A DNA stretch of 63,877 nucleotides, counting the filler, from Lenisia limosa (taxonomy: Eukaryota > Protista > Breviatea), in NCBI GenBank assembly GCA_001655205.1. It is 15 parts of 15 records of this genome, joined end to end, with 100 filler letters (N's around TTAATTAATTAA, not from the genome) between each part and the next. Parts side by side here need not be neighbours in the genome. Positions count along the whole stretch, not along the records: positions 1 to 1,987 come from LPNZ01009434.1; positions 2,088 to 9,409 come from LPNZ01002255.1; positions 9,510 to 12,067 come from LPNZ01008410.1; 12 more parts are not named here. The stretch is one strand, 5' to 3'. Both the position numbers and the translations under genes were made by a program. This document shows, one piece after another, positions 1-12,066 of the stretch (its first letter is position 1; every line of letters begins with the position of its first letter). Below the pieces are notes generated by a model, which worked only from the letters and a program-made list of their open reading frames with translations, made no database searches and was not told the DNA's origin.

Positions 1-1
1 G

Positions 2-1259
2 GTCATTGCAGTCACCAAGCAAGTCGTTAGCAGCACGGAAGACGTTGCAATCTTTTCACTGGTTGACTTCGAAGTCATAGTACACCACTGCTCCAAGTTC
101 CTGGCAAATGTATGTTTTTTGTGTTTTTTTTTTGTAATTGTTGGAGAAAGAATACCCGTGCAAAAGAGAAAAGTTTCAATTTTACTCCCCCATAGATTTT
201 GGACCTTTTTTTTTTTTTTTACTGTTTGTTTCATAAATTTGCNNNNNNNNNNNNNNNNNNNNNNNNNNNNNNNNNNNNNNNNNNNNNNNNNNNNNNNNNN
301 NNNNNNNNNNNNNNNNNNNNNNNNNNNNNNNNNNNNNNNNNNNNNNNNNNNNNNNNNNNAACGAGGTCAAGTTCAGGAACATTGCGCTGGACGTCATTTC
401 CCGCTGGGTTTACGACTACAACGACTCGGACGATACGGTGAGGGATTCATGTGCTAATTTCTCAATATGTACGAATGAATATGAGACTATTAAATTGATA
501 GGCATGATGGTGTGGAATTCTTCAGCCAGATACTAGAGTTTTTTCTTTGCAGTCCAGTTTCCCGCCAATTCCTTTGACACTTAGATTGTAATTGAGCACG
601 GAGAAGAAGGCAAGCAGAAAAGAGACCTAGACCACCAATGTGTCAAAACAATCACCGCCATTCTGAAGGGCATGCCGCTCCTACCCCAGTCGTCGGTCAC
701 TGAGGATGGAGATACCGATCCTACCATACTGAAGGAGCAGCTGTTTCTCAAGTATTTTACCTTTTTCGCAAGGATCCTGAAGCGGTATGAACAGGTGTTT
801 TGGCTTCTATACGGTCCCAAAAATAACCTGTGTTTTGGCTTCTATACGGTCCCANNNNNNNNNNNNNNNNNNNNNNNNNNNNNNNNNNNNNNNNNNNNNN
901 NNNNNNNNNNNNNNNNNNNNNNNNNNNNNNNNNNNNNNNNNNNNNNNNNNNNNNNNNNNNNNNNNNNNNNNNNNNNNNNNNNNNNNNNNNNNNNNNNNNN
1001 NNNNNNNNNNNNNNNNNNNNNNNNNNNNNNNNNNNNNNNNNNNNNNNNNNNNNNNNNNNNNNNNNNNNNNNNNNNNNNNNNNNNNNNNNNNNNNNNNNNN
1101 NNNNNNNNNNNNNNNNNNNNNNNNNNNNNNNNNNNNNNNNNAGGTGCCGAGATCATCCCGAAACAGTATCGTCGCATCTTGGAGACGCGGCTATTGCGGC
1201 CCTGGCTAATATGCTGCATGCCAATGTGGACGCTGGCTTACAGCACATCGTAACCATGG
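2..1259 (+). CDS. NF1: Neurofibromin (NF1/Ira-type RasGAP), internal multi-exon fragment
   Basis: Exons at about 2-109, 360-437, 585-794 and 1144-1259 splice to ..NEVKFRNIALDVISRWV..RDLDHQCVKTITAILKGMPLLPQ..EQLFLKYFTFFARIL..AALANMLHANVDAGLQHIVTMAY. This matches the order of recalled NF1 motifs EMKFRNKMVEYLTDWV / RDLDQASMEAVVSLLAGLPLQP / SQLFLKYFTLFMNLL / AMSNLLNANVDSGLMHSIGLGY. Confidence 0.9.
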
Positions 1260-1511
1260 CGTATGGGGGGGGAGAAAATATGTATCTGACCCGTCCACAC
1301 CATCACGCCTATAAGAGATGGTGTGGACGGGTCAGATACAGCCTGTTGCGGTATATGGATTATAGTACAGTATTAATTCGCCCTATCATTTGCCTTACAA
1401 CTCATTGCACATCGTAACCATGGTGTATGGCGGAGTATGTACCTGAGATTAGTCATAATATCAATAATTATGTCTGATATGCATTATGACGTTTCGGTGT
1501 GTGTTATACTT

Positions 1512-1608
1512 AGGGCTTCCCTAAGGTCCAAAAAGACCGTTTAAATATCGATATTTATTGAGGATTTATCGAGAGATTCGGTCTCTTTTGGGACCGTAGG
1601 GTAGCCCT
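1512..1608. mobile_element. Family A foldback/MITE-like element (CCCTACGGTCC subfamily), about 97 bp
   Basis: Arms AGGGCTTCCCTAAGGTCCAAAAAGACC ... GGTCTCTTTTGGGACCGTAGGGTAGCCCT around the core AAATATCGATATTTATTGAGGATTTATCGAG. Related copies at about 14220-14280, 32197-32295, 36960-37047 and 42965-43015. Confidence 0.8.
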
Positions 1609-1987
1609 TGTTATACTGTATAATTACCTCTATCATATGCTGATTGATAGAAAATAATTAATTTTATACGTATGGGGTACAACTAAGACTAGATATAATA
1701 TCAATACTATGTTTTATATACCATCATCATGTGGCGTATGGGTGTGTTATTATCGGTCTGATGATGTGGACAGCTTCGTCCCGATACCCCAGATACCACC
1801 CTGCGTGAATTCTAAAATTTGTGAATCTTTTCAACTTTTTCTTTCTCAATGTGAACGTCATATTTCTTTTCAAACTTCCCATTGCCGACTGTTCAGATAC
1901 TCCGAAAGTGCGGAAACCAGGACAGCCTGCATGAAAGTTATGACCTCAATTCTGCAGCAAGGTTGGTTGATTTATGCTGGTTTATTG

Positions 1988-2087
1988 NNNNNNNNNNNNN
2001 NNNNNNNNNNNNNNNNNNNNNNNNNNNNNNNTTAATTAATTAANNNNNNNNNNNNNNNNNNNNNNNNNNNNNNNNNNNNNNNNNNNN
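1988..2087. other. Artificial scaffold-joining spacer (N-run + TTAATTAATTAA + N-run), first of 14
   Basis: The identical 12-mer embedded in N-runs occurs at 2032, 9454, 12112, 26565, 28972, 30360, 37394, 41976, 43460, 50059, 54636, 57388, 58885 and 61672. It encodes stops in all six frames, and gene content changes abruptly across each one. Confidence 0.97.
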
Positions 2088-2218
2088 TCCGCCTCCTCCC
2101 ATTTGTTGCGCATGTTTATGATATGAGTGGACGGCTTCGGCCAGATTAACCTTATTTTTTATTTCTCATTGCTATAATTATAAATATCGAAATTTCCTTC
2201 GTTAACCTTGTTTTTTAG

Positions 2219-4318
2219 CATTACTCTATAACGATCGTTCCCCTCTCGAGAACCACCACTGTCACACCGCCTTCAAAATCATGACCGAAGACGCAGGCAT
2301 ACTCAACTTCCTTGACGATGAAAGCGTAATATCCGTGGGGGGGGGGGTGCAATCAGGCACGCAGAAAGCTGTGTGCACAGAGTTGTAAGGCAAATGATTG
2401 GGTGAATTAATATTNNNNNNNNNNNNNNNNNNNNNNNNNNNNNNNNNNNNNNNNNNNNNNNNNNNNNNNNNNNNNNNNNNCCCCTCTCCTCAGTGTCGAG
2501 GGCTGTTCCTGGACCTTATCCTGGCAACTGATATGAAACTTCACTTCGACTATGTCGCTAAAATGAGGAACGCTTTAGCAGAAAGTTGGGGGGATTGGTG
2601 TTTTTTATTATTATAAATCGTTTTAGTGGTTTGCTTTTACCTATTTACTTTTTATTATTATTGTTGTTGTTTGGGGGGTTATGTTCCCATTATTTATCCC
2701 GATTCGGTGGTGCTTGGCTTTGTTTTTTGTACGTTGATGATGTTTGTTTTGTGTTATTAACCCTCTTGTATTGTCAGCCAACAAGTTGATTTTGGGCTCT
2801 TGTTTGTTTCCAGTTTTACTCCCCCCCCCCCTCAGACTTTGACCCAGCCAACAACGGGGTGCACAAAGATGCCTTAGTGGCGCTGGCGTTCAAACTCGCT
2901 GACGTCAGCCATGTTATGGATGCCTTGGAGTCGACAATTGACTGGACTACTGTGGGGGGGGGGCGACTATTTGCTTTAAACACCTGTTATCTAATGCTTA
3001 GCCAGCGAAGTTGATTTTCTTTCAAATAATACTATTCCTTTTTTTCTCCCCTTTAATTGGGTTTAGAGAATCAATGATGAGTTCTTTTCCCAAGGTGACA
3101 ATGAGGTTGGTACCCTTTTATATATTATATGATTCGGGCTTCACTACTTTCGGAAAAAACTCTATCATACAATGGCCATTCCAGTGCGGTGGCGCAGGTG
3201 TATGGTGAAATTATGTTGTTTTATGATATGCATATCTATATCCGATTTATTGTATTTTTTTCAATATTGGGTTCTGCTATGATATTTAATTTTTCGAATA
3301 TTGGTTTGTTGATGGCATTTTAGGCCGCTCGCGGACTCAGCATCTCAGCATTCATGGACAGGGCTAAGATGAACATTCCGCGATCACAGCTCGGCTTCTT
3401 AGACTTCGTTATCAAGGTGGGGGGAATGGCTTCACTTCGGTTCGAAAATGACCAGTAAAATATCGATAGTTTTTGAGTAGAAAGTCAGTCTTTTTTTGAA
3501 CCGTAAAGTCCTAGTAATACCATTGGGGGGGGGGGNNNNNNNNNNNNNNNNNNNNNNNNNNNNNNNNNNNNNNNNNNNNNNNNNNNNNNNNNNNNNNNNN
3601 NNNNNNNNNNNNTGATATGTACAGAGACTGGGATAAGTTTTGACCGATTTGTTTTCTGATTTCCGAAGGAACATTTATATTCCTCAAAAGGAAAATCGGA
3701 CATGATTTTTCCCGGTCAGTGTATATAACATAAGCATTACAAGGTGGGTTTTCTTCCCTCGTGTTTATATGGACTGCTTTCGTATTTTGTTAGCATCTCA
3801 TCCTCATCTAGCCAATGGTGGAGATTTGGGTCGAATTTAGTGAAGATCGCACACCGCTGACACTCCTCTCCAACAACAGGGCGTATTGGGAGAAGTAAGG
3901 AGGGGGTTGGATACTAAAGAATGATGAAAATTAAAAGTAAGGGTCAACTCGTAAATAAGAATCCTCCCCTCCCTCCCCCAGGAGGACTTGCTTTTCTTTT
4001 TATTAACTAAGGTGAATCTGTTCCCTTGATTTATTATGACCGCTTCCAGTATTTCTACAGACCTTTGATTTTATTTCTAGACTGTCGGAAGTGGGAGTGA
4101 TCGGCACTTCCGAAGACAAAAATCCCAAACCCGCCACGCCGCCACAGGCCTCTAGCCTTTCCGATCTGTCACAACTATCATCCGCCTCCATAGGCCACAT
4201 TGGCCACGACCTGCCGCCGGAAACGTCATCCGAACCGCATCTTCAGAGCAAGTTCGACGTGGCCGTGCCGGGGACAGGGTCTCAACCCAATACACCGCGG
4301 ACAACCTGCGGGGTTTGA
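2219..4318 (+). CDS. Class I 3',5'-cyclic nucleotide phosphodiesterase, C-terminal catalytic half and tail (5' part missing)
   Basis: Spliced exons give YNDRSPLENHHCHTAF, LFLDLILATDMKLHF, LAFKLADVSH, RINDEFFSQGDNE, ISAFMDRAKMNIPRSQLGFLDFVIK and LSNNRAYWEK. These are canonical PDEase_I motifs including the invariant Gln. A Ser/Pro-rich tail ends at TGA 4318. Confidence 0.92.
2350..2414 (+). repeat. Family B intronic element, 5' part (runs into gap)
   Basis: GGCACGCAGAAAGCTGTGTGCACAGAGTTGTAAGGCAAATGATTGGGTGAATTAATATT, directly after a 5' splice site and a G11 run. Confidence 0.8.
2735..2835 (+). repeat. Family C 3'-splice-site-associated element
   Basis: TGTTTGTTTTGTGTTATTAACCCTCTTGTATTGTCAGCCAACAAGTTGATTTTGGGCTC... 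followed by a C-run and the CAG acceptor of a PDE intron (2585-2835). Confidence 0.85.
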
Positions 4319-4657
4319 CGTGGTTTTGTGTTTAGTATTCTTCAAGGTTTCAAGTTTGAGTTTTGGTGAGTGGCCAATATAGTTGTACAGTAGTTCACTT
4401 CTACGTTGTGGGGTGGGTAACAAAGCGATTTTCCCAACTCTAAACAAAGCCCAGAGCTCACGTCATGCCTAGCATTAGTTCTCTGACACATTCTAGCTTT
4501 ACGCCCCTATGCGAAGTAATTCTACTTTTTCTATTGAAACTTTCTAGCTTTGCGTTCCTATACCCTGTCTCACCAATGCTCAGTCTTACTTTTACCCTCT
4601 TTCAACCCTTAACCACTCCTCAACATTTCCATATTCATGAATCTATTTCACAGATTG

Positions 4658-6933
4658 CTACCTTTTTGTACAATGGGCGGAAAGCCACTCGAGGCCTTGC
4701 ACAAGACCCTCACCACTTGTCGCACACGAGGGCTGCACATACCTAAAATGTCATAACCATCTTTCACTTGTTTTTTTCGAGTATGGACGATTCTGATTCT
4801 GACCGGCCCCGCCCCCTAAATTCTTGTCTTAGTTGCCAAAATTATTGTACAATTTTGTTCATAAAAATACTTTTTATTTTTTTTAACTACAGACACTGCC
4901 ACCCCCTTTTAGATGAGCCCTAAATTCCTTTTCTTTTTTTATCCCTCATCATAATATTGCGTGACATACTGATAATCAAAGAGGCACATTGCGTTTTGAC
5001 CACACAGGTTCATAATTGACAACAATGCGCATACCATTTATTCGACTTATACGCCGACAACTCAAGAACTTCAGCCAAAGCCGCGGGATTGAGGGCGGAG
5101 GGGTTGTCTTGCTTGTTGGCAAATACCAAAATACACGAGTCCTGTAGATAAAGATTACAGCAAAGTCCACTAAATCCTTTTTTGGAAAAGAAATGATTGA
5201 CTAAAATGATTCTATTATCCCTAAGTCTAATTTCTACTTTGTTTCTCTCCTTTTCACTGTGAATTTACCTATGATTGTGATCTAAAGATTGTCAACATCC
5301 CTGTCTGACTATGAGTGTAACTTTTATGATCATAGTCATATTTTTCCAAGAGCAAGTTTATTTGGACTTCAGAAGGGAATAATGACTTACAGCTTTGAAA
5401 TAACATTCTCATTACTTGTCTCACTTTACTTCCCCCACCCCTGCGCACTTTGAGAGCGTCTGAAGACATGATTGCTTCAAGCTCGCCACGTGCCTCCTGC
5501 ATTCGGGTCTAAAAGTTCGTATAAGAAATCAAAAGAGAAACTAAACATTGTACGTTTGAAAAACCAGATATACTATCAATATTCTAATTATTTTCCATAC
5601 AACCAAATCACATGTTTGAAATTGAGTTCTTCAATTCAAAATTGATTCCATTATGTTTCCAACCTTGTCACTCGCATCCACCACGTAAATCATAGAGTTG
5701 GTACCTGAGAGATGACTCACAAAGAGACAGAACTAAAAATCGATATTACTATGTTAAAACTGTTAACTGTGAACTTGTCATTGAAGGTCATGAAAGACCC
5801 ATTGGATTATACGAAAACGATCCGATTACATCAATCTATCCATTTGATTATTTGGGACTAGAACATACTATGTACATACTATATCAGCCGTGCTAATCAA
5901 TTATATTACATGAAGATATTGAGTGTTATCATAAAAACGGTACAAAATGGTAAATAGTCGAAGAGGTGTTGGTTGTGAAGTAATAGGTAGAAAATGAGAA
6001 TTATTATCCCATAGTGGAATCACAGTAATGGAGGTACATTGAAAGAAGAGGTGAATTAGCAATGAAATTCGACGCTTACCAGTAAAGTAATGGTACCAAA
6101 GCGGACGCATACGCTGCTGACCTCCAAGGTCCTGGGTAGTTAGCCATTTGACAGAATCCCGCTTCTATTCAATTTCTCATTAATAGAGGTAATACAAATC
6201 AATTAACATGTCAATGGAGTTTTGGTACAGCGTCCAACTTAAAAATCCATTAGACTAAGTCCGTAATTGCTAGATTTATGTTCACTACCGTCCCAAAAAA
6301 GACTAAATTTGCCGATCACTCTACGAAAAATATCTATTTTTTTGGTATATTTCCAACATGAAAATTTGAGTATGCCCTTCAAAGTGTTGGTTTGAAGGAT
6401 AAATATGTTCCAAAATGAAAGTAGAACATAATAATGCGCACAGTTTTTCAATTGGTTTGAATACACTTAACTTGGCATACCCAGACATGGAACTTAACCT
6501 TGCCGTGTGAAATTGTGCCGACATTGAAGCCGACTGTGGGAATCGTGGAGACGGCCTTGCCAAGTTGAAGGTGGTACAGGATTGCTGGATGTTGGAATTG
6601 AGAAATAATAATGGCAAGAATATGATTATTATTTGGAATGACATGAAATAGAAATCATGAATTGGAATGTAATTGAGACATAAAACATAATAAAACTGAT
6701 TTCAAAGAATGTAGTGATTAATATTGTCAATACTATCCTTTCAAATGGTCATTGTTTCGTGAAATTAGTCTTGTCACCACTCCCACTTGACTTGCCCGCT
6801 GAATCTAGTCCCACCTAAACAGTCAAACGCAGAGTTTGAATCAGATACTATAATAGCTTTACCATACCATAACAATCTTCGCTTCCTTCCCCCCGAAAAG
6901 TTTGTTTATCAATCTTGAAAATGACTGCCCCAT
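4658..6933 (-). CDS. ADP-ribosylation-factor family small GTPase (ARF/ARL), complete 8-exon model
   Basis: Spliced product MGQSFSRLINKLFGGKEAKIVMVGLDSAGKSTILYHLQLGKAVSTIPTVGFNVGTISHGKVKFHVWDLGGQQRMRPLWYHYFTGTNSMIYVVDASDKTRMQEARGELEAIMSSDALKDSCILVFANKQD...WYVQPSCATSGEGLVQGLEWLSAHCTKR*. It has G1 (GLDSAGKS), G3 (WDLGGQ), G4 (NKQD), G5 (CAT) and a myristoylatable Gly2. All junctions are GT-AG. Confidence 0.95.
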
Positions 6934-7213
6934 TTCAAGGGGAGCTTCCACTGTAAAAAGGGTGGAGCTTTTTCGATTAAGTTCACTAATATAAAATCAA
7001 ACTACGCTAGACTGTTGCTTGAAGAATGGTTACATAGTTAGCAAAGAGAAATCCTGCGGCTTTTGCTTATTATGAAAGCCAAAATCATTCTTTCCTAATA
7101 GGGAAACTGTGTCATTTCTTTCACTTCTGTTGACAAAGCCGACGTAGTATTGGAAATAAGCTCTGCTAACACTGTGATATATCGCTTTTAGTTGCCTAAA
7201 GGAGCAAAGTAGC

Positions 7214-8585
7214 ATGTATAAGCATTTCTATCAGCCTCATACTGTAATTTGGCAACCCTCATCCTGGCTTTCAGCTTCCCCTGGCTTCCTTAAAACAAGG
7301 TGTGATGATTGATTAACACGATTAACATGATTGACAAACCTAAATATTGCGCTTTGGTATATGGTTGCGTAATACCCATGTAAGTTGTAAGTTGTAGGGT
7401 TCCTCTCCGCGTCATCAATTATATCACCAAATTGCCCTATTTGTCTGTCTTCTTACTCTCATTTGACTCCCTTTTAGGCTCTTATTTCCACTAATGCACC
7501 TGTGTTTAAAAATAATTAACTATCACGATGCGAAATGTTTCTTATTGTAACATTTTAACATGACCTAAAAAAAAGCTATCCACTATCCACTTTACCTTCG
7601 GTTCCACCTGGAGGCTATATGATATGTATATATATTTTTATATACATGTATATATCGATATATATATACCAGAGCTTCACTTACGGTTCCGAAGTAAAAC
7701 ATCGATATTTATCGAGGAATTATCGAGAATTCAGTCTTTTTCGGAATCGAAAGTGAAGCTCTGATATATACCTCCTTTATTCCACATGTAAAGTACTGAT
7801 TAATGGGATTGCTATAAGTGGTGTCTGACTTTTCCTTAGCCCCATGAATGCCCCCGTACCTTGGCCCAAAGGAGGCCCAACTTCATCTTTCAAGTTGGTG
7901 GATCCAAATGGACAATTTCCCACAGTAAATGTCCACTAAATTTTTTAGTATTGATAATGTGAAATAAATAAAGAAGAATTTCCTTTGAAAATGTGGATGT
8001 AACTTGGAAGCCACATTATATTATATTATATGATAAGTTTTATCTCTTTTGGCCCCACTTCTAATAAATACTTTATTGTTATAAACGTGAAATTTCATCG
8101 CCACAGGGAGTTCTACTTATATTTTACCATAGCAAGTGTACGAATGAAAGGACAGTAGGGTATTCTCTGACTGTTCTGAAATGTGTTTTTATCATTTGAC
8201 TCATTTGTCACTTTGTCTTTAGTCTCAATGAGCCTATCGCTACCCCCGAAATGAAGATTCAGAACAGGAAACTGGCACTTCAGCGCTCATTATTCGACCT
8301 TCAGTATGCTTGCTGGGCTAAAATTCAAAACCAAAGTATATCATTATACCAAGATACACAGATGTGACAGTATTGGAGAAAAATGTTTAAATTTACAAAT
8401 ATCACACTGACTCCACTAATACAGCAGGGCTCTTGTGCCCAATGGGGTGATAATTTCGTCGAAAGTTGAACTCCTCTCCAGTGCACTCCAGCATCTTCAA
8501 AGGCTGGAGGCTGAAAAGCAGTTGTTAACTGAAGTTAGTCGAGGATTCTTTTTTGTTTTTTTTACAAGTGAAGAAACGTTTATAA
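7214..8585 (+). CDS. Putative helix-loop-helix protein with an atypical basic region
   Basis: Phase-compatible exons (about 7214-7299, 7479-7503, 7827-7923, 8108-8135, 8223-8304, 8428 onward) give ..EMKIQNRKLALQRSLFDLQALVPNGVIISSKVELLSSALQHLQRLEAEKQLL, which resembles helix1-loop-helix2 (F..L..LVP ... SK.E.L..A..Y...L). The gene is divergent from the ARF gene. Confidence 0.55.
7671..7762. mobile_element. Family A foldback element (AGAGCTTCAC variant arms)
   Basis: AGAGCTTCACTTACGGTTCCGAAG ... CTTTTTCGGAATCGAAAGTGAAGCTCT, inside an intron next to an AT microsatellite. Confidence 0.8.
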
Positions 8586-8770
8586 CTAAAGAAGAAGAGG
8601 AAACGAACTAAACAAAGAATAAATGATTAGAGGGAGAATTGGGGGGGGGGGCTAACAGAGAGATTCCGCGTTACATTTGATCATCAATCTTGCCGAATAT
8701 TTCAACACCCTGATTTCAAATACTTGTCAAAGACTCCCGATTGTATTATTGACCATGCCGTTCACACAAT

Positions 8771-8868
8771 AGTGCGAATAAATTATTGAAAAATCGGGTT
8801 TTTTCTTTTCTGAAATGTGGTTTCTTCGATTTTTGAAAAACCCGATTTTTCAAATATTTAAGCGCACT
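8771..8868. repeat. Isolated inverted repeat of about 98 bp
   Basis: AGTGCG..TTGAAAAATCGGGTTTTT (8771-8804) pairs with AAAAACCCGATTTTTCAAATATTTAAGCGCACT (8836-8868). Confidence 0.75.
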
Positions 8869-9648
8869 TATGTTTCAATTTCGAGTTTTGACGTTTTAGC
8901 GCCTCAGAGCTCGAGACCCACATTATTCCGACGCTATGGAGGCTGAAACCCCCTAAAACGTATTATGTATTCTGAAAATATACGCTGCTGAGATACAATT
9001 ATCATTCACCAAATGATAAAAAAAAAATGAGGACAACTTTTCCATTCAAGTGCTTCAGAATCAACCAAGATACATCAAATTCAAATATAAACAACTAATA
9101 CGTCGACGCTAAAAGACCAATTTCATGGAAATAGTTCAGGATCTCTATGTTACATGCTTCCTCCGCCATCTCCACTGGAGTTTTGCCCTATGCAGTCAAA
9201 AGGCCGAAACAAATCAATATATGTAGGTCCCGAAAGTTGTATCCACTTGTGATGGATAAGTGCCCCATATCCACAAGTCTTGACCGATTTGCTATGTAAT
9301 TTTCCATTAAAAATCGGTCAGAACTTATCCCAGTCACTGTATATGATATATGTTGGTCGACCATCCTTGCCACAGACACTGTATCTTATACCCACCCAAA
9401 ATAGCCCTTNNNNNNNNNNNNNNNNNNNNNNNNNNNNNNNNNNNNNNNNNNNNTTAATTAATTAANNNNNNNNNNNNNNNNNNNNNNNNNNNNNNNNNNN
9501 NNNNNNNNNTGCAGTGGGCGGGGAGGGGTGGGTAATACTACTAATACTAATAATGTAATATGAGTATGACCCGGGGGAAGCGGGAGTACAATTGGATAAT
9601 GTATGAAATAAAAGCTCGATGGGTGGGGAATTTGTATATTGAAAGGAA

Positions 9649-9704
9649 GTTCTTCGTGTACCGCCTCTAATAGTACGTTCTTCGTGTACCCCCTCTAATA
9701 GTAC
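9649..9704. repeat. 28-bp tandem duplication
   Basis: GTTCTTCGTGTACC(G/C)CCTCTAATAGTAC x2. Confidence 0.85.
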
Positions 9705-9958
9705 GTGTTTTGCAGTGAAGTCTCGATTGGAAAGAGGATCATAGATATCGGGCGGTTGACTGGAGGAGCGAGTTATTCATATTGGTGTAGACGGGTCCTT
9801 TTCCAATCCTTGTCTCTCCTCATTATCACCACTCCCCGATCATCATCACTAGGGCGTCCCTAGTGTCCTAAAAAGCGGTAAAATATCGATATTATCCGGG
9901 GATTTATCGAGACATTTAGTCTTTTTTTATTACCTTTCCATTTCTAATTCCTCTCTAG

Positions 9959-12066
9959 ATGCTGGAACGTATGCCAATGGTGGAGCCTGTACGCCCTGCC
10001 CTTCTGATACATACTCCACTGTCGGTCAAGACAAATGTACCCACGTAAGTTAATGGGAAATCTGAAGGACGCTGCATTAGGATGTGTAATGGGTAATTTG
10101 CCCCATTGCTGGATTGTTATTATGTAGTATAGTAGATAGGGACAATTATCGCTAGCTCAAATGTTTAGCGAGTTGGCTGGTTCCGTTTTTTTTTTTTTTN
10201 NNNNNNNNNNNNNNNNNNNNNNNNNNNNNNNNNNNNNNNNNNNNNNNNNNNNNNNNNNNNNNNNNNNNNNNNTCACTCTCTGCCCCATTTTGACCACCTT
10301 TAGTGTCCAGGTAACATGATTATCCCGGCTGGTTCTGTGCAAGAAACTATGGTGGGGGGTTGAAGGGTGTGTTTTTGAAGTAAAGGATCTATTGAAACAG
10401 GATCTTAAAAAGAATAAAAGGGGGATTGGGGTCAAATATCAATATTAAATTAACCCGAACAGCACGAGTGTGTTTGTCCCACTGCAGGAGGAATTGGGAT
10501 ATACTGCGAAGCCACTCCCCCTCCCGTGAGAATGGTGTTTTTAATTGAACAAGAGAAATAGTATCCATAAGCAAATGCAAATATAGGGTGGAAATGTATG
10601 AAATTGATCCAAAAAGTGATATGATTCATCACGGTCTCCTTCGTTCCCCCCTCCAGAAATTGGTGTTTATATATATACATATAGTACATATATATAGTTA
10701 AAACCGCGAACATGATTAAAACCGCGAACATGATTAAAACCGCGAACAAAAAGGAGGCTTTACTTTCAGTTTTTGAGCCAATACGCTCCTTAGTTACGCC
10801 TCTTTCGCATTTTTTTGCAAATTATCGCCCGAAACACTCCTTTATACAGGATTTTATTCATAAGAATAGGCAGGAGTATCAACATACATGCAAAATACCA
10901 CCTTATGGTACTTCAATTTTCCATGCGAGATACATTAAAAACACTGATTATGGGCCTAGAATTGTCCCTGCGATAAAGTGAAGATGTTCTTGCGCCATCA
11001 AATTTGATTTTTTTTTCCACTCTTGAGTAACCTAGAGGCATTTAAGTAGAGAATACGAGATAAATTGGGCAAAAAATGAGCGTAAATTACCCAAAAATGG
11101 GCGAAAATATGATAGAAGATGTTAATAAATCTATCGAAATTGACTCTTACCTTTTGTGCCATTCCATAACGGTAAATGGGTTGTTGACGCAGCATATACT
11201 TTAATCAGACGTCTATTTCGTCCATTGGCTCTAGAGACTGAACAAGGAAAATTCTTGAAAACCGTTACAAACGTTGACTGAAATACCTCAAACCACTACA
11301 TTTTCTCCAAAAATGGACTTCAGATTCGAATTCTCCTTAAAAATCTGCGTTTCTATGGTGGGGCACTTTAATGGGCTCAAAATGCTATTATTTTGAAAGA
11401 GGGGGGTTTCAAAAAATATTTTCGCGTAAAGGAAACTGAGTGACCCCGGCCGGATTCGATTCTGATCAAAAGATCTTTTTTTATTATTTTTTGTCTCCTT
11501 TTTTTTTCCTTCTTTTTGCTCAAAATTTCTTTTGTTTTTTTGATGTTATTGATAGTCTAGTACTCAAAACTGCCGACTTTCACACTCAAAAGGGTGTTAT
11601 TGAAGCGATTTATCTCGATTTTTGGCTTGTTCGCGGTTTTAATCATGTTCGCGGTTTTAAACACCAACCTATAGTAAGATAAATAATATACATTAGGAAT
11701 TTAGGCATAGGGATACCATAAACATATTACCATACTTCCACGCCCACGCTTCTCACTGTTTCATCTTTACTGTCTAATGATTTTTTTTTTTGCTTCTGTT
11801 TCGTCTTTTCTCTAATGATATTAATTGCTACAAACAGTCTTCTGTTTCATCTTTGCTGTATCAATTGCTACAGTCTTGTGATATTCCAGGGATGGCTGGT
11901 TGATCTCAGTGCCAAATGCGGAGTTGTTCTAGCCGAAGCCAAGACCAATTGCCCAGCTACTAGGCAGAATCTGAGGCTTCCTGCTCTTATGGACCCTGAT
12001 AACCCCACATCCTGCCACTGCGGCTGGGGTTATCGACTTTCCAGCCCTTCCTCCTGCGAAGCTGTT
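9959..12066 (+). CDS. Cys-rich extracellular protein fragments (TNFR/GCC2-GCC3-like and EGF-like modules)
   Basis: Exon 9959-10045 DAGTYANGGACTPCPSDTYSTVGQDKCTH; exon about 10459-10523 HECVCPTAGGIGIYCEATPPP; exon about 11890-12066 ending SCHCGWGYRLSSPSSCEAV. Connectivity is uncertain because of gaps. Confidence 0.5.
10660..11673. mobile_element. Non-autonomous TIR DNA transposon of about 1 kb with tandem 18-bp subterminal repeats
   Basis: Left end TTGGTGTTTA..(AT-rich insert)..TAAAACCGCGAACATGAT x2.7 (10699-10748). Right end TGTTCGCGGTTTTAATCATGTTCGCGGTTTTAAACACCAA (11629-11668) is its reverse complement. No transposase ORF inside. Confidence 0.75.

Noticed and set aside
2032-2043. TTAATTAATTAA as a biological motif (piggyBac TTAA target or homeodomain site)
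   Set aside because: It is always centred in N-runs totalling about 100 bp, which identifies it as an assembly spacer.
6321-6644. ORF-track 107-aa protein with an apparent signal peptide (MSFQIIIIFLPLL..)
   Set aside because: It overlaps an ARF GTPase exon read in another frame, and its hydrophobic start is intronic sequence.
10450-10749. ORF with MFAVLI repeats as a repeat protein
   Set aside because: It is a translation of the 18-bp transposon terminal repeats with no coding context.
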